A stretch of DNA of 60,948 bases, counting the filler. It is 5 parts of 5 records of this genome, joined end to end, with 100 filler letters (N's around TTAATTAATTAA, not from the genome) between each part and the next. Parts side by side here need not be neighbours in the genome. Positions count along the whole stretch, not along the records: positions 17,652 to 29,368 come from SRR31156797_4794; positions 29,469 to 38,707 come from SRR31156797_4795; 3 more parts are not named here. One strand, 5' to 3'. Shown piece after piece: positions 29,148 to 38,681 of the stretch. A program made the translations under genes and the position numbers. The notes beneath the pieces were generated by a model. It was not told the DNA's origin. It searched no databases and saw only the letters and a list, made by a program, of their open reading frames with translations. Every line of letters begins with the position of its first letter. Within the stretch, counting starts at the first letter, position 1.

Positions 29148-29168
29148 TTCGCAAACTAATTCGCAAAC
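29148..29168. repeat. Tandem TTCGCAAAC, putative integrase arm-type sites
   Basis: Copies at 29148-29156 and 29160-29168 between the integrase start and the att site. Confidence 0.45.
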
Positions 29169-29274
29169 ATTATTTATTTACAACCATAACTTTTGCGATT
29201 ACAACTATAGCAAACCTAAATAAAATAAGGGCAAATCACAACATCCATAAGTAATTAGGAAAATCGAAATAACA

Positions 29275-29329
29275 AGAGCGTTTGACTGGCAGTCAAAAGG
29301 TCACCGGTTCGATTCCGGTACTCTCCACC
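29275..29329 (+). repeat. att site: 3' part of tRNA-Ala(GGC)
   Basis: AGAGCG-TTTGA-CTGGCAG-TCAAA-AGGTC-ACCGG-TTCGATT-CCGGT-ACTCTCCACC; 5' acceptor strand and D-stem start are absent. Confidence 0.85.
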
Positions 29330-29340
29330 CTCAAATCTAG

Positions 29341-29368
29341 GCGGTTATGGCATTTATGCTGTGGCCGC
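29341..29368 (+). terminator. Hairpin downstream of the tRNA fragment (displaced native terminator)
   Basis: GCGGTTATGGCAT-TT-ATGCTGTGGCCGC; any T-tract is cut off by the contig end. Confidence 0.55.
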
Positions 29369-29468
29369 NNNNNNNNNNNNNNNNNNNNNNNNNNNNNNNN
29401 NNNNNNNNNNNNTTAATTAATTAANNNNNNNNNNNNNNNNNNNNNNNNNNNNNNNNNNNNNNNNNNNN
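29369..29468. other. Artificial contig spacer
   Basis: N-run with TTAATTAATTAA. Confidence 0.97.
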
Positions 29469-29496
29469 CGTGCTCTACCAACTGAGCTATTCTCGC
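29469..29496 (-). tRNA. tRNA 5' part, probably tRNA-Gly, truncated by contig end
   Basis: Minus strand GCGAGAATAGCTCAGTTGGTAGAGCACG (acceptor 5' strand + D arm); anticodon not visible. Confidence 0.7.
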
Positions 29497-29508
29497 ATTA
29501 TTGCAAAG

Positions 29509-29622
29509 GCGCTCTACCAATCCCGAAATTTAGAAAATTTTCAATTTTCGTAAAATTTCGAGGACTCACGAAAAACAATAAAAATCATAGATTTTTGTTT
29601 TTCGGAGCTGAGCTATTCTCGC
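29509..29622 (-). pseudogene. Duplicated tRNA 5' fragment interrupted by an 87-bp insertion
   Basis: GCGAGAATAGCTCAG-[29607..29521]-TTGGTAGAGCGC. Confidence 0.8.
29521..29607 (-). mobile_element. Double-hairpin miniature insertion element, copy B
   Basis: CTCCGAAAAAC...TTTTTCGTGAG-TCCTCGAAATTT...AAATTTCGGGA; homologous to 33037-33121. Confidence 0.75.
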
Positions 29623-29723
29623 TTTTGCGAACGCAAAGATGGGGTATTTTTTATAAATGCACAAAAAAAAATTGGGTTTACACTGAAAAAAAATTGCCTG
29701 TTAGCCCTAAAACACTGATAATC

Positions 29724-32339
29724 TTACTTTCCAGTAAGCTTTTTTATTTCGTTTAAAATATTTAAAGCTTCAACCGGAGTTAAATTATTGATATCTAACT
29801 TAGCCACCTGGTCTCTGATTTGCATCAGCACGGGATCGTCTAGCTGGAAAAAGCTTAATTGCATTCCTTCACGCTTCCCTGTTATATCTGCTGCAGGATT
29901 ACCCATTCCCTGATCATTGCGAGACGATTCCAACTCTGCCAATATATCTTCTGCTCTGCGAACAACCGATGGTGGCATTCCGGCCATTTGTGCCACATGA
30001 ATACCAAAACTATGGGCACTTCCTCCTTTTACTAATTTGCGCAAAAAAACTATTTTATTATCTACCTCACGAACCGACACATTAAAATTCTTTATTCTCT
30101 TAAATGATTTTGCCATTTCATTTAGTTCATGATAATGAGTGGCAAACAATGTCTTTGCTCTGTGCTTTGGATGTTCATGCAAATATTCCACAATGGCCCA
30201 GGCCAGTGAAATACCGTCGTACGTGCTTGTTCCACGTCCTAACTCATCCAACAACACCAAACTACGTGATGAAATATTATTCAGAATACTAGCTGCCTCA
30301 TTCATCTCAACCATAAAAGTTGATTCACCGGCTGAAATATTGTCTGAAGCCCCTACACGGGTAAATATTTTATCTACGGCGCCAATCTTGGCTCTTTCTG
30401 CCGGCACATAGCATCCAATCTGCGCCAACAAAACAATCAAAGCTGTTTGGCGCAGTAATGCTGATTTACCAGCCATATTTGGCCCGGTTATAATAATTAT
30501 TTGCTGCTGTTTATCATCTAACGATACATCATTAGCCACATACTCTTCGCCTGGCTCCATCTGTGTTTCAATCACCGGATGACGCCCCTGTGAGATACTA
30601 ATTCCATTGTCATCTACTACGACAGGTTTCTTATATTCATTGGCGACTGCTACACGTGCAAATCCCATAAGCACATCCAGCCTTGCGATTAACGAAGCGT
30701 TCATTTGAATTTGGCTCACATAATCGCCCATAGCAATAATCAACTCGTTAAATAAACGTGTTTCCAGTGTCAGGATTTTCTCCTCAGCACCTAATATTTT
30801 AGCTTCAAATTCTTTTAGCTCTTCAGTTATATATCTTTCAGCATTGACAAGCGTTTGCTTTCGAATCCACTCCTCAGGCACTTTTTCTTTATGTGTATTA
30901 CGCACTTCAATATAGTACCCAAAGACATTATTATATGCAATTTTCAAAGATGGGATGCCAGTACGTTCACTTTCACGCTCTTGCATTTCCTGCATATATC
31001 TTTTAGCAGAAGTAGAAATATCGCGCAATTCATCTAAATCTGGATTAATCCCAGCTGATATAACACCACCTTTTACAATTTGTGTTGGCGGTTCATCCTG
31101 CAGTTCATTTTCCAAACGCTCACGAATAGATTTACACAGATTTATCTGCTCACCAATTTTCTTGAGATTTTTATCTGTTGCTGTATCACATATTTGCTTC
31201 ACTGGTTCAATGGCTTGCAAAGCTGCTCTCAATTGTGCCATTTCCCGGGGATTAATTCGCATTACAGCGACCTTGGAAATCAAACGCTCAATATCTCCAA
31301 TTTTACGAATATGCTCTTCCAAAGCATCATGGGTTTCTTGCTTATGAATAAAATACTCCACAATATCTAACCGCTCGTTTATTGGGGAAGCATGTTTCAA
31401 TGGTAATGCCAGCCAACGCTTTAGTAATCTTGACCCCATTGGGGAAACGGATTTATCAACCACATGAATAAGCGCTTTTCCACCTTCCTGCATGGTATTG
31501 AAAATCTCCAGGTTTCGGATTGTAAAACGGTCGAGCCACACGTATTTATCCTCCTCAATACGAGATATGCCTGTAATGTTTTTAATATTGTTGTGCTGGG
31601 TAGCTTCCAAATAGTGCAGAATAGCACCTGAAGCTAACACTCCATGGTCAAGCATTTCAATTCCAAATCCCTTAAGCGATTTAGTGTTAAAATGATTCTG
31701 AAGTCTCTCTCTGGAAGTTGTGGGCTCATAAACCCATTCGTCTAACGGAAAAAGATAATAACCAGTTCCAAAATTCTCCTGAAACTCGCTCTTCTTATCT
31801 TTCTCGTATAAAACCTCTTTAGGTCGGAAACTCTGTATCAATTTGTCGACATACAAAAACGTTCCTTCTGCAGTAAAAAACTCACCTGTTGACACATCTA
31901 AAAATGCAACACCAGCAATTGATTTGCCTATATAAACAGAAGCAAGAAAGTTATTCTCTTTATGCTCAAGCACATTATCATTAAATGAAACTCCGGGTGT
32001 TACCAACTCTGTAACGCCGCGTTTCACAATCTTCTTGGTAAGTTTTGGATCCTCTAACTGATCACAAATAGCTACACGCTGTCCGGCTCTTACCAGCTTT
32101 GGCAAATAAGTATCCAATGCATGATGTGGAAATCCGGCCAGCTCCACATATGATGCACTCCCATTAGCTCTTTTAGTTAAAGTAATCCCTAAGATCTCAG
32201 ATGCTTTTATTGCATCATCTTCAAATGTTTCATAAAAATCCCCAACCCTAAACAACAGAACAGCATCCGGGTATTTATCTTTAATCTGGTAATATTGCCG
32301 CATAAGCGGCGTTTGAACAGCTTTCTTCGCCACAATCAA
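29724..32339 (-). CDS. mutS: DNA mismatch repair protein MutS
   Basis: [48 protein letters not shown]. Confidence 0.97.
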   Translation of the reverse strand: MIVAKKAVQTPLMRQYYQIKDKYPDAVLLFRVGDFYETFEDDAIKASEILGITLTKRANGSASYVELAGFPHHALDTYLPKLVRAGQRVAICDQLEDPKLTKKIVKRGVTELVTPGVSFNDNVLEHKENNFLASVYIGKSIAGVAFLDVSTGEFFTAEGTFLYVDKLIQSFRPKEVLYEKDKKSEFQENFGTGYYLFPLDEWVYEPTTSRERLQNHFNTKSLKGFGIEMLDHGVLASGAILHYLEATQHNNIKNITGISRIEEDKYVWLDRFTIRNLEIFNTMQEGGKALIHVVDKSVSPMGSRLLKRWLALPLKHASPINERLDIVEYFIHKQETHDALEEHIRKIGDIERLISKVAVMRINPREMAQLRAALQAIEPVKQICDTATDKNLKKIGEQINLCKSIRERLENELQDEPPTQIVKGGVISAGINPDLDELRDISTSAKRYMQEMQERESERTGIPSLKIAYNNVFGYYIEVRNTHKEKVPEEWIRKQTLVNAERYITEELKEFEAKILGAEEKILTLETRLFNELIIAMGDYVSQIQMNASLIARLDVLMGFARVAVANEYKKPVVVDDNGISISQGRHPVIETQMEPGEEYVANDVSLDDKQQQIIIITGPNMAGKSALLRQTALIVLLAQIGCYVPAERAKIGAVDKIFTRVGASDNISAGESTFMVEMNEAASILNNISSRSLVLLDELGRGTSTYDGISLAWAIVEYLHEHPKHRAKTLFATHYHELNEMAKSFKRIKNFNVSVREVDNKIVFLRKLVKGGSAHSFGIHVAQMAGMPPSVVRRAEDILAELESSRNDQGMGNPAADITGKREGMQLSFFQLDDPVLMQIRDQVAKLDINNLTPVEALNILNEIKKLTGK

Positions 32340-32573
32340 TTATTTTAATTTCCTTCCACTTTGATCCACAAAAATATAATATCATTAGATGATAAACCAA
32401 CCTCTTTTAAAGATGTTTTCAATAGTTATTCACAAAATAATATATTTAGACTAATTCTAAATATCGGAGTTCTGAGCAATTAAAAAACATATGCAAAAAC
32501 CTGTAAAAGAGGTATTTTTAATTACTTCAGAGCATATTAATTGATAAGTTTTTCGAATTATTTTTCAAAAAGT

Positions 32574-32604
32574 TTTGTGCGTGTCTAAAAAACATCTACT
32601 TTTG
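32574..32604 (+). promoter_or_regulatory. Bacteroidota housekeeping promoter for tRNA-Phe
   Basis: TTTG (32574-32577), 19 bp, TACTTTTG (32597-32604) matches the TTTG/TAnnTTTG consensus. Confidence 0.75.
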
Positions 32605-32626
32605 CAACGCTTTCAAATAAGCATAC

Positions 32627-32699
32627 GGTGCCATAGCTCAGTTGGTAGAGCACAGGACTGAAAATCCTGGTGTCCCTGGTTCGATCCCGGGTGGCACCA
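32627..32699 (+). tRNA. tRNA-Phe(GAA)
   Basis: Full cloverleaf: GGTGCCA/TGGCACC acceptor stem, CAGGA-CTGAAAA-TCCTG anticodon arm, GGTTCGATCC T arm. Confidence 0.96.
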
Positions 32700-32702
32700 C
32701 CT

Positions 32703-32738
32703 GAAAAGACGGAGATTTATCTTCGTCTTTTCTTTTTT
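32703..32738 (+). terminator. Terminator after tRNA-Phe
   Basis: GAAAAGACGGAGAT-TT-ATCTTCGTCTTTTC followed by a T-tract. Confidence 0.75.
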
Positions 32739-32761
32739 AATAGAAATTACAGCTTATACAA

Positions 32762-33049
32762 ATGTTTGTTTACCTCATTGAATCCATTGATTCAGGTTGG
32801 CGATATATCGGGCAAACCCAAAATCTGCAAGAGAGACTTGAACGTCATAATTCCGGAAGTGAAAAATCTACAAAGCGTCATGCCCCACTCAGAATCATAG
32901 GATATATTGAAGTAAAAGATCGAAAGGAAGCGTTACAATTAGAACGTAAGTTGAAAGGTATGAAACTCCGAGATCGTCAATACAAGTATTTCCTTGAACA
33001 TGGAATAATAGAGACTGAAAATCCTGGTGTCCCTGGCTCCGAAAAATAG
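32762..33049 (+). CDS. Stand-alone GIY-YIG nuclease
   Basis: FVYLIES...RYIGQTQNLQERLERHNSG..KSTK...EALQLERKLK. Confidence 0.9.
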   Translation: MFVYLIESIDSGWRYIGQTQNLQERLERHNSGSEKSTKRHAPLRIIGYIEVKDRKEALQLERKLKGMKLRDRQYKYFLEHGIIETENPGVPGSEK

Positions 33050-33144
33050 AAATCTATGATTTCTTTATTTTTCGTGAGTCCACGAATTGCCTTACAAATC
33101 GCAGATTTGTGCAATTCGGGATTCGATCCCGGGTGGCACCACCA
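33013..33144 (+). pseudogene. Duplicated 3' half of tRNA-Phe interrupted by an 85-bp insertion
   Basis: GACTGAAAATCCTGGTGTCCCTGG-[33037..33121]-TTCGATCCCGGGTGGCACCACCA, matching 32656-32701. Confidence 0.88.
33037..33121 (+). mobile_element. Double-hairpin miniature insertion element, copy A
   Basis: CTCCGAAAAAT...TTTTTCGTGAG-TCCACGAATTGC...GCAATTCGGGA. Confidence 0.75.
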
Positions 33145-33180
33145 GAAAAGGCGGAGATTTATCTTCGCCTTTTCTATTTT
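33145..33180 (+). terminator. Second copy of the post-tRNA terminator
   Basis: GAAAAGGCGGAGAT-TT-ATCTTCGCCTTTTC, with a compensatory A-T to G-C change relative to the first copy. Confidence 0.7.
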
Positions 33181-33200
33181 ATTTAACACAGCTTTTTATT

Positions 33201-33317
33201 ATGTTTGTTTACCTCATTGAATCTATTGAAACGGGTTGGCGATATATTGGCCAAACCCAAAACTTACAGGACAGAATAAAACGTCATAATTCAGGTAGTG
33301 AAAAAAGGAACAATTAA
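33201..33317 (+). pseudogene. Truncated second GIY-YIG copy
   Basis: MFVYLIESIETGWRYIGQTQNLQDRIKRHNSGSEKRNN*, cut where it meets the convergent helicase gene. Confidence 0.85.
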
Positions 33318-34576
33318 CGATTTCTTCCAGATTTTATCTGCTTATCTTTCTTCTTATTTTTATTTGCAAAATATTCCTGTTTCCGAGCTAGTTTCTCTTT
33401 AGCGGCCTCTTTCTTCTCTGCATTGTTCATTGGCCTGTCTGTTTGCGGAAATGGATTGTCTTCGATAATTTCTATGCGCTTTCTTATCAATTTCTCAATA
33501 TCCTTCACATAAACATTTTCTTCCGGCTCACTAATAGAAATGGAAATACCTTCATCTCCAGCTCGTCCGGCTCTTCCTATTCTATGCACATAGGTCTCAG
33601 GTAAATTGGGAATATCATAATTAATCACATATTTCAACTTATCTATATCTATGCCTCTCGCAGCTATATCTGTTGCAACCAGAACCCTTAACTCCCCCTC
33701 TTTGAACTTATTGAGTACTTTTTGTCTCTGATTTTGCGCTTTATCGCCATGTATTGCCGCACTAAGTATGTTTTTCTTAGACAAATGCTTCGCTATTTTA
33801 TCGGCACCGTGTTTTGTGCGTGAGAAAAGTAATACTTGAGTTATTTTTGGGTCTTTGAGGATATGTAGCAAAAGATTTTTCTTATCCTGTTTATTGGTAT
33901 AATAGAGATATTGCTTAAGCGTATCGGCCGCTGATGAAACAGCGTTAATTTCAACCTTGACCGGGTTCTGCAGGATCTTTTTCGATAACGCCACAATATT
34001 ATCTGGCATGGTGGCCGAAAAGAATAAGGACTGCCTTTTTGCAGGCAATTTCTCAATAATCTTTCTAATATCGTTAATAAAACCCATATCGAGCATTCGA
34101 TCAGCTTCATCTAACACAAAATATTCCACATCTTTTAATCGAATATAACCCTGATCCATAAGATCTAACAAACGACCCGGCGTGGCTATCAAAATATCGA
34201 TTCCACTTTTAACTGCCCTGGTTTGTCGCGCTTGATTTACACCACCAAATACAACGGTGTTCTTAATTTCAGTATGTTTTCCATAGGTTGAGAAACTTTC
34301 ACCAATTTGAATGGCTAGTTCACGGGTTGGGGTTATAACCAATGCTTTTATCTTTCCACGACTGTGATAGTTTTGACGGTCGGTATACAAATGTTGAAGA
34401 ATGGGTATAGCAAAAGCAGCTGTTTTACCAGTCCCCGTTTGTGCACTACCCAATACATCTTTTCTGTCAATTATTAATGGTATAGCCTTTTCCTGTATAG
34501 ATGTGGGCACTGAGTAATCTTCTTCCTTTAGTGCCTTTAAAATTGGCTGTATAATATTTAAATCATCAAATCGCAT
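33314..34576 (-). CDS. DEAD-box RNA helicase (RhlE-like)
   Basis: AQTGTGKT, PTRELA, TPGRL, DEAD, SAT, ARGID, HRIGRAGR. Confidence 0.95.
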   Translation of the reverse strand: MRFDDLNIIQPILKALKEEDYSVPTSIQEKAIPLIIDRKDVLGSAQTGTGKTAAFAIPILQHLYTDRQNYHSRGKIKALVITPTRELAIQIGESFSTYGKHTEIKNTVVFGGVNQARQTRAVKSGIDILIATPGRLLDLMDQGYIRLKDVEYFVLDEADRMLDMGFINDIRKIIEKLPAKRQSLFFSATMPDNIVALSKKILQNPVKVEINAVSSAADTLKQYLYYTNKQDKKNLLLHILKDPKITQVLLFSRTKHGADKIAKHLSKKNILSAAIHGDKAQNQRQKVLNKFKEGELRVLVATDIAARGIDIDKLKYVINYDIPNLPETYVHRIGRAGRAGDEGISISISEPEENVYVKDIEKLIRKRIEIIEDNPFPQTDRPMNNAEKKEAAKEKLARKQEYFANKNKKKDKQIKSGRNR

Positions 34577-34756
34577 TATATTTCATTTTTATTTTTTCGA
34601 AAAACTTTAACGTTATAGTCTTAATTTAAACTGAAACTAAAATATGTCAATTTAAAATGTTAATACTCTATTTATATAATCTTGTTGCTATAACTATAGA
34701 AATCCGATCTGTGAAGTTATTTGGTTTTAACTATATAAACTCGATTAGAGAATTGA

Positions 34757-34764
34757 CAAAAGTA
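34757..34764 (-). promoter_or_regulatory. Possible -7 box (TACTTTTG) upstream of the helicase
   Basis: Matches TAnnTTTG about 180 bp upstream of the start codon. Confidence 0.4.
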
Positions 34765-34960
34765 CGGATTAAATAATAGATCATAGATTTATTTATTAAA
34801 ATTGGTTTAAAACTCAATAATTTAATACTTAAAAATCTGCTATTCGAAGATGTTTTAGTAAGATTCTAGTGGCTTTCATATTTAAAAATATTTTTTTAGA
34901 GTGAATAAATCATGTGCATATATTTCTTAACTTTATGCTACTACTTGAAAAAAATCACAC

Positions 34961-36472
34961 ATGAAAAAAATTCCCATTTTCTTATCAATTCTATTGCTGT
35001 TATCATTTACATTGTGCTCATTCACTCCAACAGATAATGAAACTACAGCTGCTGTAAGCGAACAAACCGAAACTTGTATTGCATGTCACGCATCCTTGCA
35101 CCCTGGTATTGTAAAATCCTGGGAAAAAAGTCTTCACTCAAAAATCTCCCTGGTTGAGGCACACAAAAAAGATGACCTGGAAAAACGTGTCAGCTCTGTG
35201 CCCGAAAATGAGGAACTTTCAAAAGTTGCTGTTGGGTGCTATGAATGTCACTCGTTAAATACAGATAAGCATGCTGATTCATTTGAACACAATGGATATA
35301 CAATTAATGTGGTTGTTACTCCCGATGATTGCAGTGCTTGTCACAATGAAGAGAAAAAGCAATACGATAATAACCTAATGTCTCATGCCTACGCTAATTT
35401 AATGGAGAATGAGGTTTACCTGAGTCTTAAATCGACAATAAACAACGGCATTACGTTTAAGGAAGGTAGTTTTCATTTTGGAGAAACAAATAAATTAACT
35501 GATGCTGATGCATGCCTGCATTGCCACGGAACAAAGCTTGAGGTAAAAGGTACTTTTACTAAAGAAACAGATTTTGGGGAGTTATCTTTTCCTAACATTG
35601 AAGGTTGGCCAAATCAAGGTGTAGGAAGAATAAACCCTGATGGAAGTAAAGGATCATGTACTTCATGCCATCCGCGACATACTTTTTCCATAAAAACAGC
35701 CCGAACTCCTGATGCTTGTGCTCAGTGCCATAAGGGACCCGATGTGCCTGCATATAAAGTTTACCAGGTAAGCAGTCATGGTAAAATCTATAACTCTAGT
35801 AAAGATAAATATGATCTAACTTCGGTGCCATGGGTAATTGGAAAAGATTTTGACATTCCTACCTGTGCAACATGTCATGTAAGTTTAATTACTGATGAAG
35901 AAGGAACCCTAGTTGCTCAAAGAACCCATCAATTCAACGATAGATTATCATCCCGTTTGTTTGGAGTGCCTTATGCACATCCACACCCAATCTCCCCGGA
36001 AACACATAAAATAGTTAATGATGCTGGGTTGCAATTGGCCACTAACCTGGATGGTAGTCCGGCTTCTTCTTTCCTAATCGACAAGCAAGAGCAGGAAAAA
36101 AGAAATAATACAATGAAGCAAATATGTAATAAATGCCATAGCTCAAATTGGACAGACAATCATTTTGCAAGATTAAATGATGTTATTCTCACAACAAATG
36201 AATCAACCATGGCTGCCACTCAAATACTTTCCAAAATTTGGGAGGAAGGCTATGCTGACAATTCAAATCTATTTGATGAATATATTGAAAGGCAATGGGT
36301 TGATGTTTGGCTGTTTCATGCAAACGGAACAAGACTTTCAGCTGCAATGGCAGGAGGCGGCGATTATGGCGTATTTGCTGATGGACGCTATCAGTTAACG
36401 AATAAATTATTTTACTTACTAGAATGGCTGAACAATATGGAAAGTCAGAATAAAAAGAAAAAAAGAAAGTAA
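34961..36472 (+). CDS. Octaheme cytochrome c, hydroxylamine oxidoreductase family
   Basis: Signal peptide and eight CxxCH motifs with HAO-like spacing (CTSCHPRHTFS...CAQCHKGPD...SSHG...PTCATCH). Confidence 0.82.
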   Translation: MKKIPIFLSILLLLSFTLCSFTPTDNETTAAVSEQTETCIACHASLHPGIVKSWEKSLHSKISLVEAHKKDDLEKRVSSVPENEELSKVAVGCYECHSLNTDKHADSFEHNGYTINVVVTPDDCSACHNEEKKQYDNNLMSHAYANLMENEVYLSLKSTINNGITFKEGSFHFGETNKLTDADACLHCHGTKLEVKGTFTKETDFGELSFPNIEGWPNQGVGRINPDGSKGSCTSCHPRHTFSIKTARTPDACAQCHKGPDVPAYKVYQVSSHGKIYNSSKDKYDLTSVPWVIGKDFDIPTCATCHVSLITDEEGTLVAQRTHQFNDRLSSRLFGVPYAHPHPISPETHKIVNDAGLQLATNLDGSPASSFLIDKQEQEKRNNTMKQICNKCHSSNWTDNHFARLNDVILTTNESTMAATQILSKIWEEGYADNSNLFDEYIERQWVDVWLFHANGTRLSAAMAGGGDYGVFADGRYQLTNKLFYLLEWLNNMESQNKKKKRK

Positions 36473-36573
36473 GAAAGTAAGTAGGTAATCAGCACAATTG
36501 CATATAGTTAATTAGAATTGGATTAAAAGCTCTTTTTTTATATATTAGAGAAGACTAACTAAAAACCAATTCT

Positions 36574-38646
36574 ATGAAAAATTTCTACACAAAAGGGGTT
36601 GCCCTATTAATTGTGCTATGCTTCTCATTTAGCTATACAAATGCACAAGACACTACTTCATTAGGCGATATGTACTCTATGTCTTTGGAAGATTTGATGA
36701 ACATTGAAATTAAAGTTGCCTCGAAAAATAAAATGTCGGTGCGGGAATCTCCCGGAATTATTTCAGTAATTACTGCGGAACAAATTCAAAAAATGGGAGC
36801 ACGTGACCTCATTGATGTACTTCGAACAGTTCCCGGATTTCAATTTGGAACTGATGTGCAAGGAGTTGTGGGTGCAGGTATCAGGGGAAACTGGGCACAT
36901 GAAGGTAAAATGTCTGTGCAAATTGATGGTCAGGAAGTCAACGAAACATTATTTTCAACCACACAGTTCGGAAACCATTTCCCTGTAGACCATATTAAGC
37001 GTATTGAAATCATTCGTGGACCCGGATCAGCCTTATATGGTGGATACGCTGAACTAGGCGTTATCAATATCATCACGCGCGAATCAAAAGATGTAGATGG
37101 TGTTGCATTTGGTTCATCTTTTAGTGAAATGGAAAAAACGTTTAACCAGCGTAATATTTCACTTTCATTTGGCAAAAAAATAAACGAAATCGATGTTAGC
37201 CTTCACACCTACTTAGGAACAGGCAACAGAAGCGAACGTGAATACACTGGGCTCAATGCAGATTACGATGATTTTGAAACTTATGAAATGAAAGATAATT
37301 CAGGTTTGCAAGCCATGCATATGAATTTAGCCATCTCAAAGGGAGATTTTAAAAACCGGGTAATTTACGACCATTACAACATTGAAAGTCGCGATGCATT
37401 TGATGCCATCACTGCACCTTTCAACATGAAATTCAACACCTTACTACTTAGCTCAGAATACACATTTGAAGTAAATGATAAACTATCTTTAACGCCGGAA
37501 TTTATTTACAAAAGACAATTGCCCTGGAATAATATCAATGAAAACTCAAAAGATGCATTCATTTATTACGATGTAACCGCACAAAGAACTACCGGTAGAA
37601 TTAGCGCTAATTATAATTTCAATGACAACTTTAATATTATTCTTGGTGGTGAAATGTATAGAGATGAAGCTGAAGCATCAACAACATTTGATTACTTTTA
37701 TCCCGTAAACGATTATGATAGTGCATATTCCGAAGTAAAATACATGAACTATGCAGCCTTTACCCAATTAACCTATAAATGGCAATACGCAGATTTTGTT
37801 GCAGGTGCTCGTTTCGAAGAGAATAGCGCATATGGATCTTCATTTGTGCCTCGATTTGCTGTTACAAAAGCTTTTGACAAGTTCCATTACAAAGCACTTT
37901 TCAGTCAGGCTTTCAGAACTCCCGGGATTGCAAATATAAATGCAAATTTGGCTATATTATCAGAAGGCATTGCTGATTTTACAGAAATTGAACCTGAAAA
38001 AACAACCGTATTTGAAATCGAATTAGGATATAAAATTGGATCAAATCTATTGATAACCGGAAACTTTTTTGACATTACAATTGATAAACCGATTGTATAT
38101 TTTTATGATGAAGACTTAGATATTGAAGGGTATCAAAATTATGATCAAAGTGGTACACGTGGTTTTGAATTTGATGTTCGCTACAGCGCTAACTGGGGAA
38201 ATATCAATGCTACATACTCCCACTACATGCAGGGAGATAAAAATAAGATAGAAACATATGAAGTGCCGGAAGATCTTGATTCAGAGGCTTTAGTGGGTTT
38301 CGCCAGAGATAAAGCAACATTAATCGCAACATTTAATTTAATAGATAATTTATCCATATCGCCATGGGTAGTGTATACCGGTAAAAAATATGGATGGGCT
38401 CCAGAATGGGATGAAGTTGAAGACGATGCTGTTTGGGATATTAATCATGAATTTGACCCTACCATTAACTTCAACTTATTTGTAAGCTACAATAACCTTT
38501 TTGTTGAAAAGCTTTCAATAGGTGCAGGAGTGTACAATATTTTGGATGAAGAAATTTACTTTGTGCAGCCATACAATGGAGCACATGCAGCAATACCGGG
38601 GTCATCAAGGTCATACAGAGTTAAACTGAGCTATAACTTATTCTAA
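36574..38646 (+). CDS. TonB-dependent receptor
   Basis: Signal peptide, plug RIEIIRGPGSALYG...GVINIIT, aromatic C-terminus ending in F. Confidence 0.9.
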   Translation: MKNFYTKGVALLIVLCFSFSYTNAQDTTSLGDMYSMSLEDLMNIEIKVASKNKMSVRESPGIISVITAEQIQKMGARDLIDVLRTVPGFQFGTDVQGVVGAGIRGNWAHEGKMSVQIDGQEVNETLFSTTQFGNHFPVDHIKRIEIIRGPGSALYGGYAELGVINIITRESKDVDGVAFGSSFSEMEKTFNQRNISLSFGKKINEIDVSLHTYLGTGNRSEREYTGLNADYDDFETYEMKDNSGLQAMHMNLAISKGDFKNRVIYDHYNIESRDAFDAITAPFNMKFNTLLLSSEYTFEVNDKLSLTPEFIYKRQLPWNNINENSKDAFIYYDVTAQRTTGRISANYNFNDNFNIILGGEMYRDEAEASTTFDYFYPVNDYDSAYSEVKYMNYAAFTQLTYKWQYADFVAGARFEENSAYGSSFVPRFAVTKAFDKFHYKALFSQAFRTPGIANINANLAILSEGIADFTEIEPEKTTVFEIELGYKIGSNLLITGNFFDITIDKPIVYFYDEDLDIEGYQNYDQSGTRGFEFDVRYSANWGNINATYSHYMQGDKNKIETYEVPEDLDSEALVGFARDKATLIATFNLIDNLSISPWVVYTGKKYGWAPEWDEVEDDAVWDINHEFDPTINFNLFVSYNNLFVEKLSIGAGVYNILDEEIYFVQPYNGAHAAIPGSSRSYRVKLSYNLF

Positions 38647-38681
38647 AAGTAAAAGAGTGTGTCCAAAAAGTCAAAAATCCA

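Larger units (their letters stand above)
17652..29329 (-). mobile_element. Integrative (mobilizable or satellite-like) element inserted at tRNA-Ala; left end not in contig
   Basis: Tyrosine integrase next to a tRNA 3' fragment, Xis, primase-helicase, ParA, MobC, defence-type cargo. Confidence 0.85.

Noticed and set aside
29275-29329. Functional tRNA-Ala gene
   Set aside because: The 5' acceptor strand and D-stem start are missing; treated as an att remnant
32670-32900. 76-aa ORF starting inside tRNA-Phe
   Set aside because: Overlaps the tRNA and the GIY-YIG gene in another frame
33037-33121. Integron attC site, suggested by the G^TT junction and bulged hairpins
   Set aside because: The insert neither begins with TT nor ends with G, lacks RYYYAAC/GTTRRRY boxes, and no integron integrase is present
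33037-33121. Self-splicing tRNA intron
   Set aside because: Far too short for group I or II introns and located in partial tRNA copies
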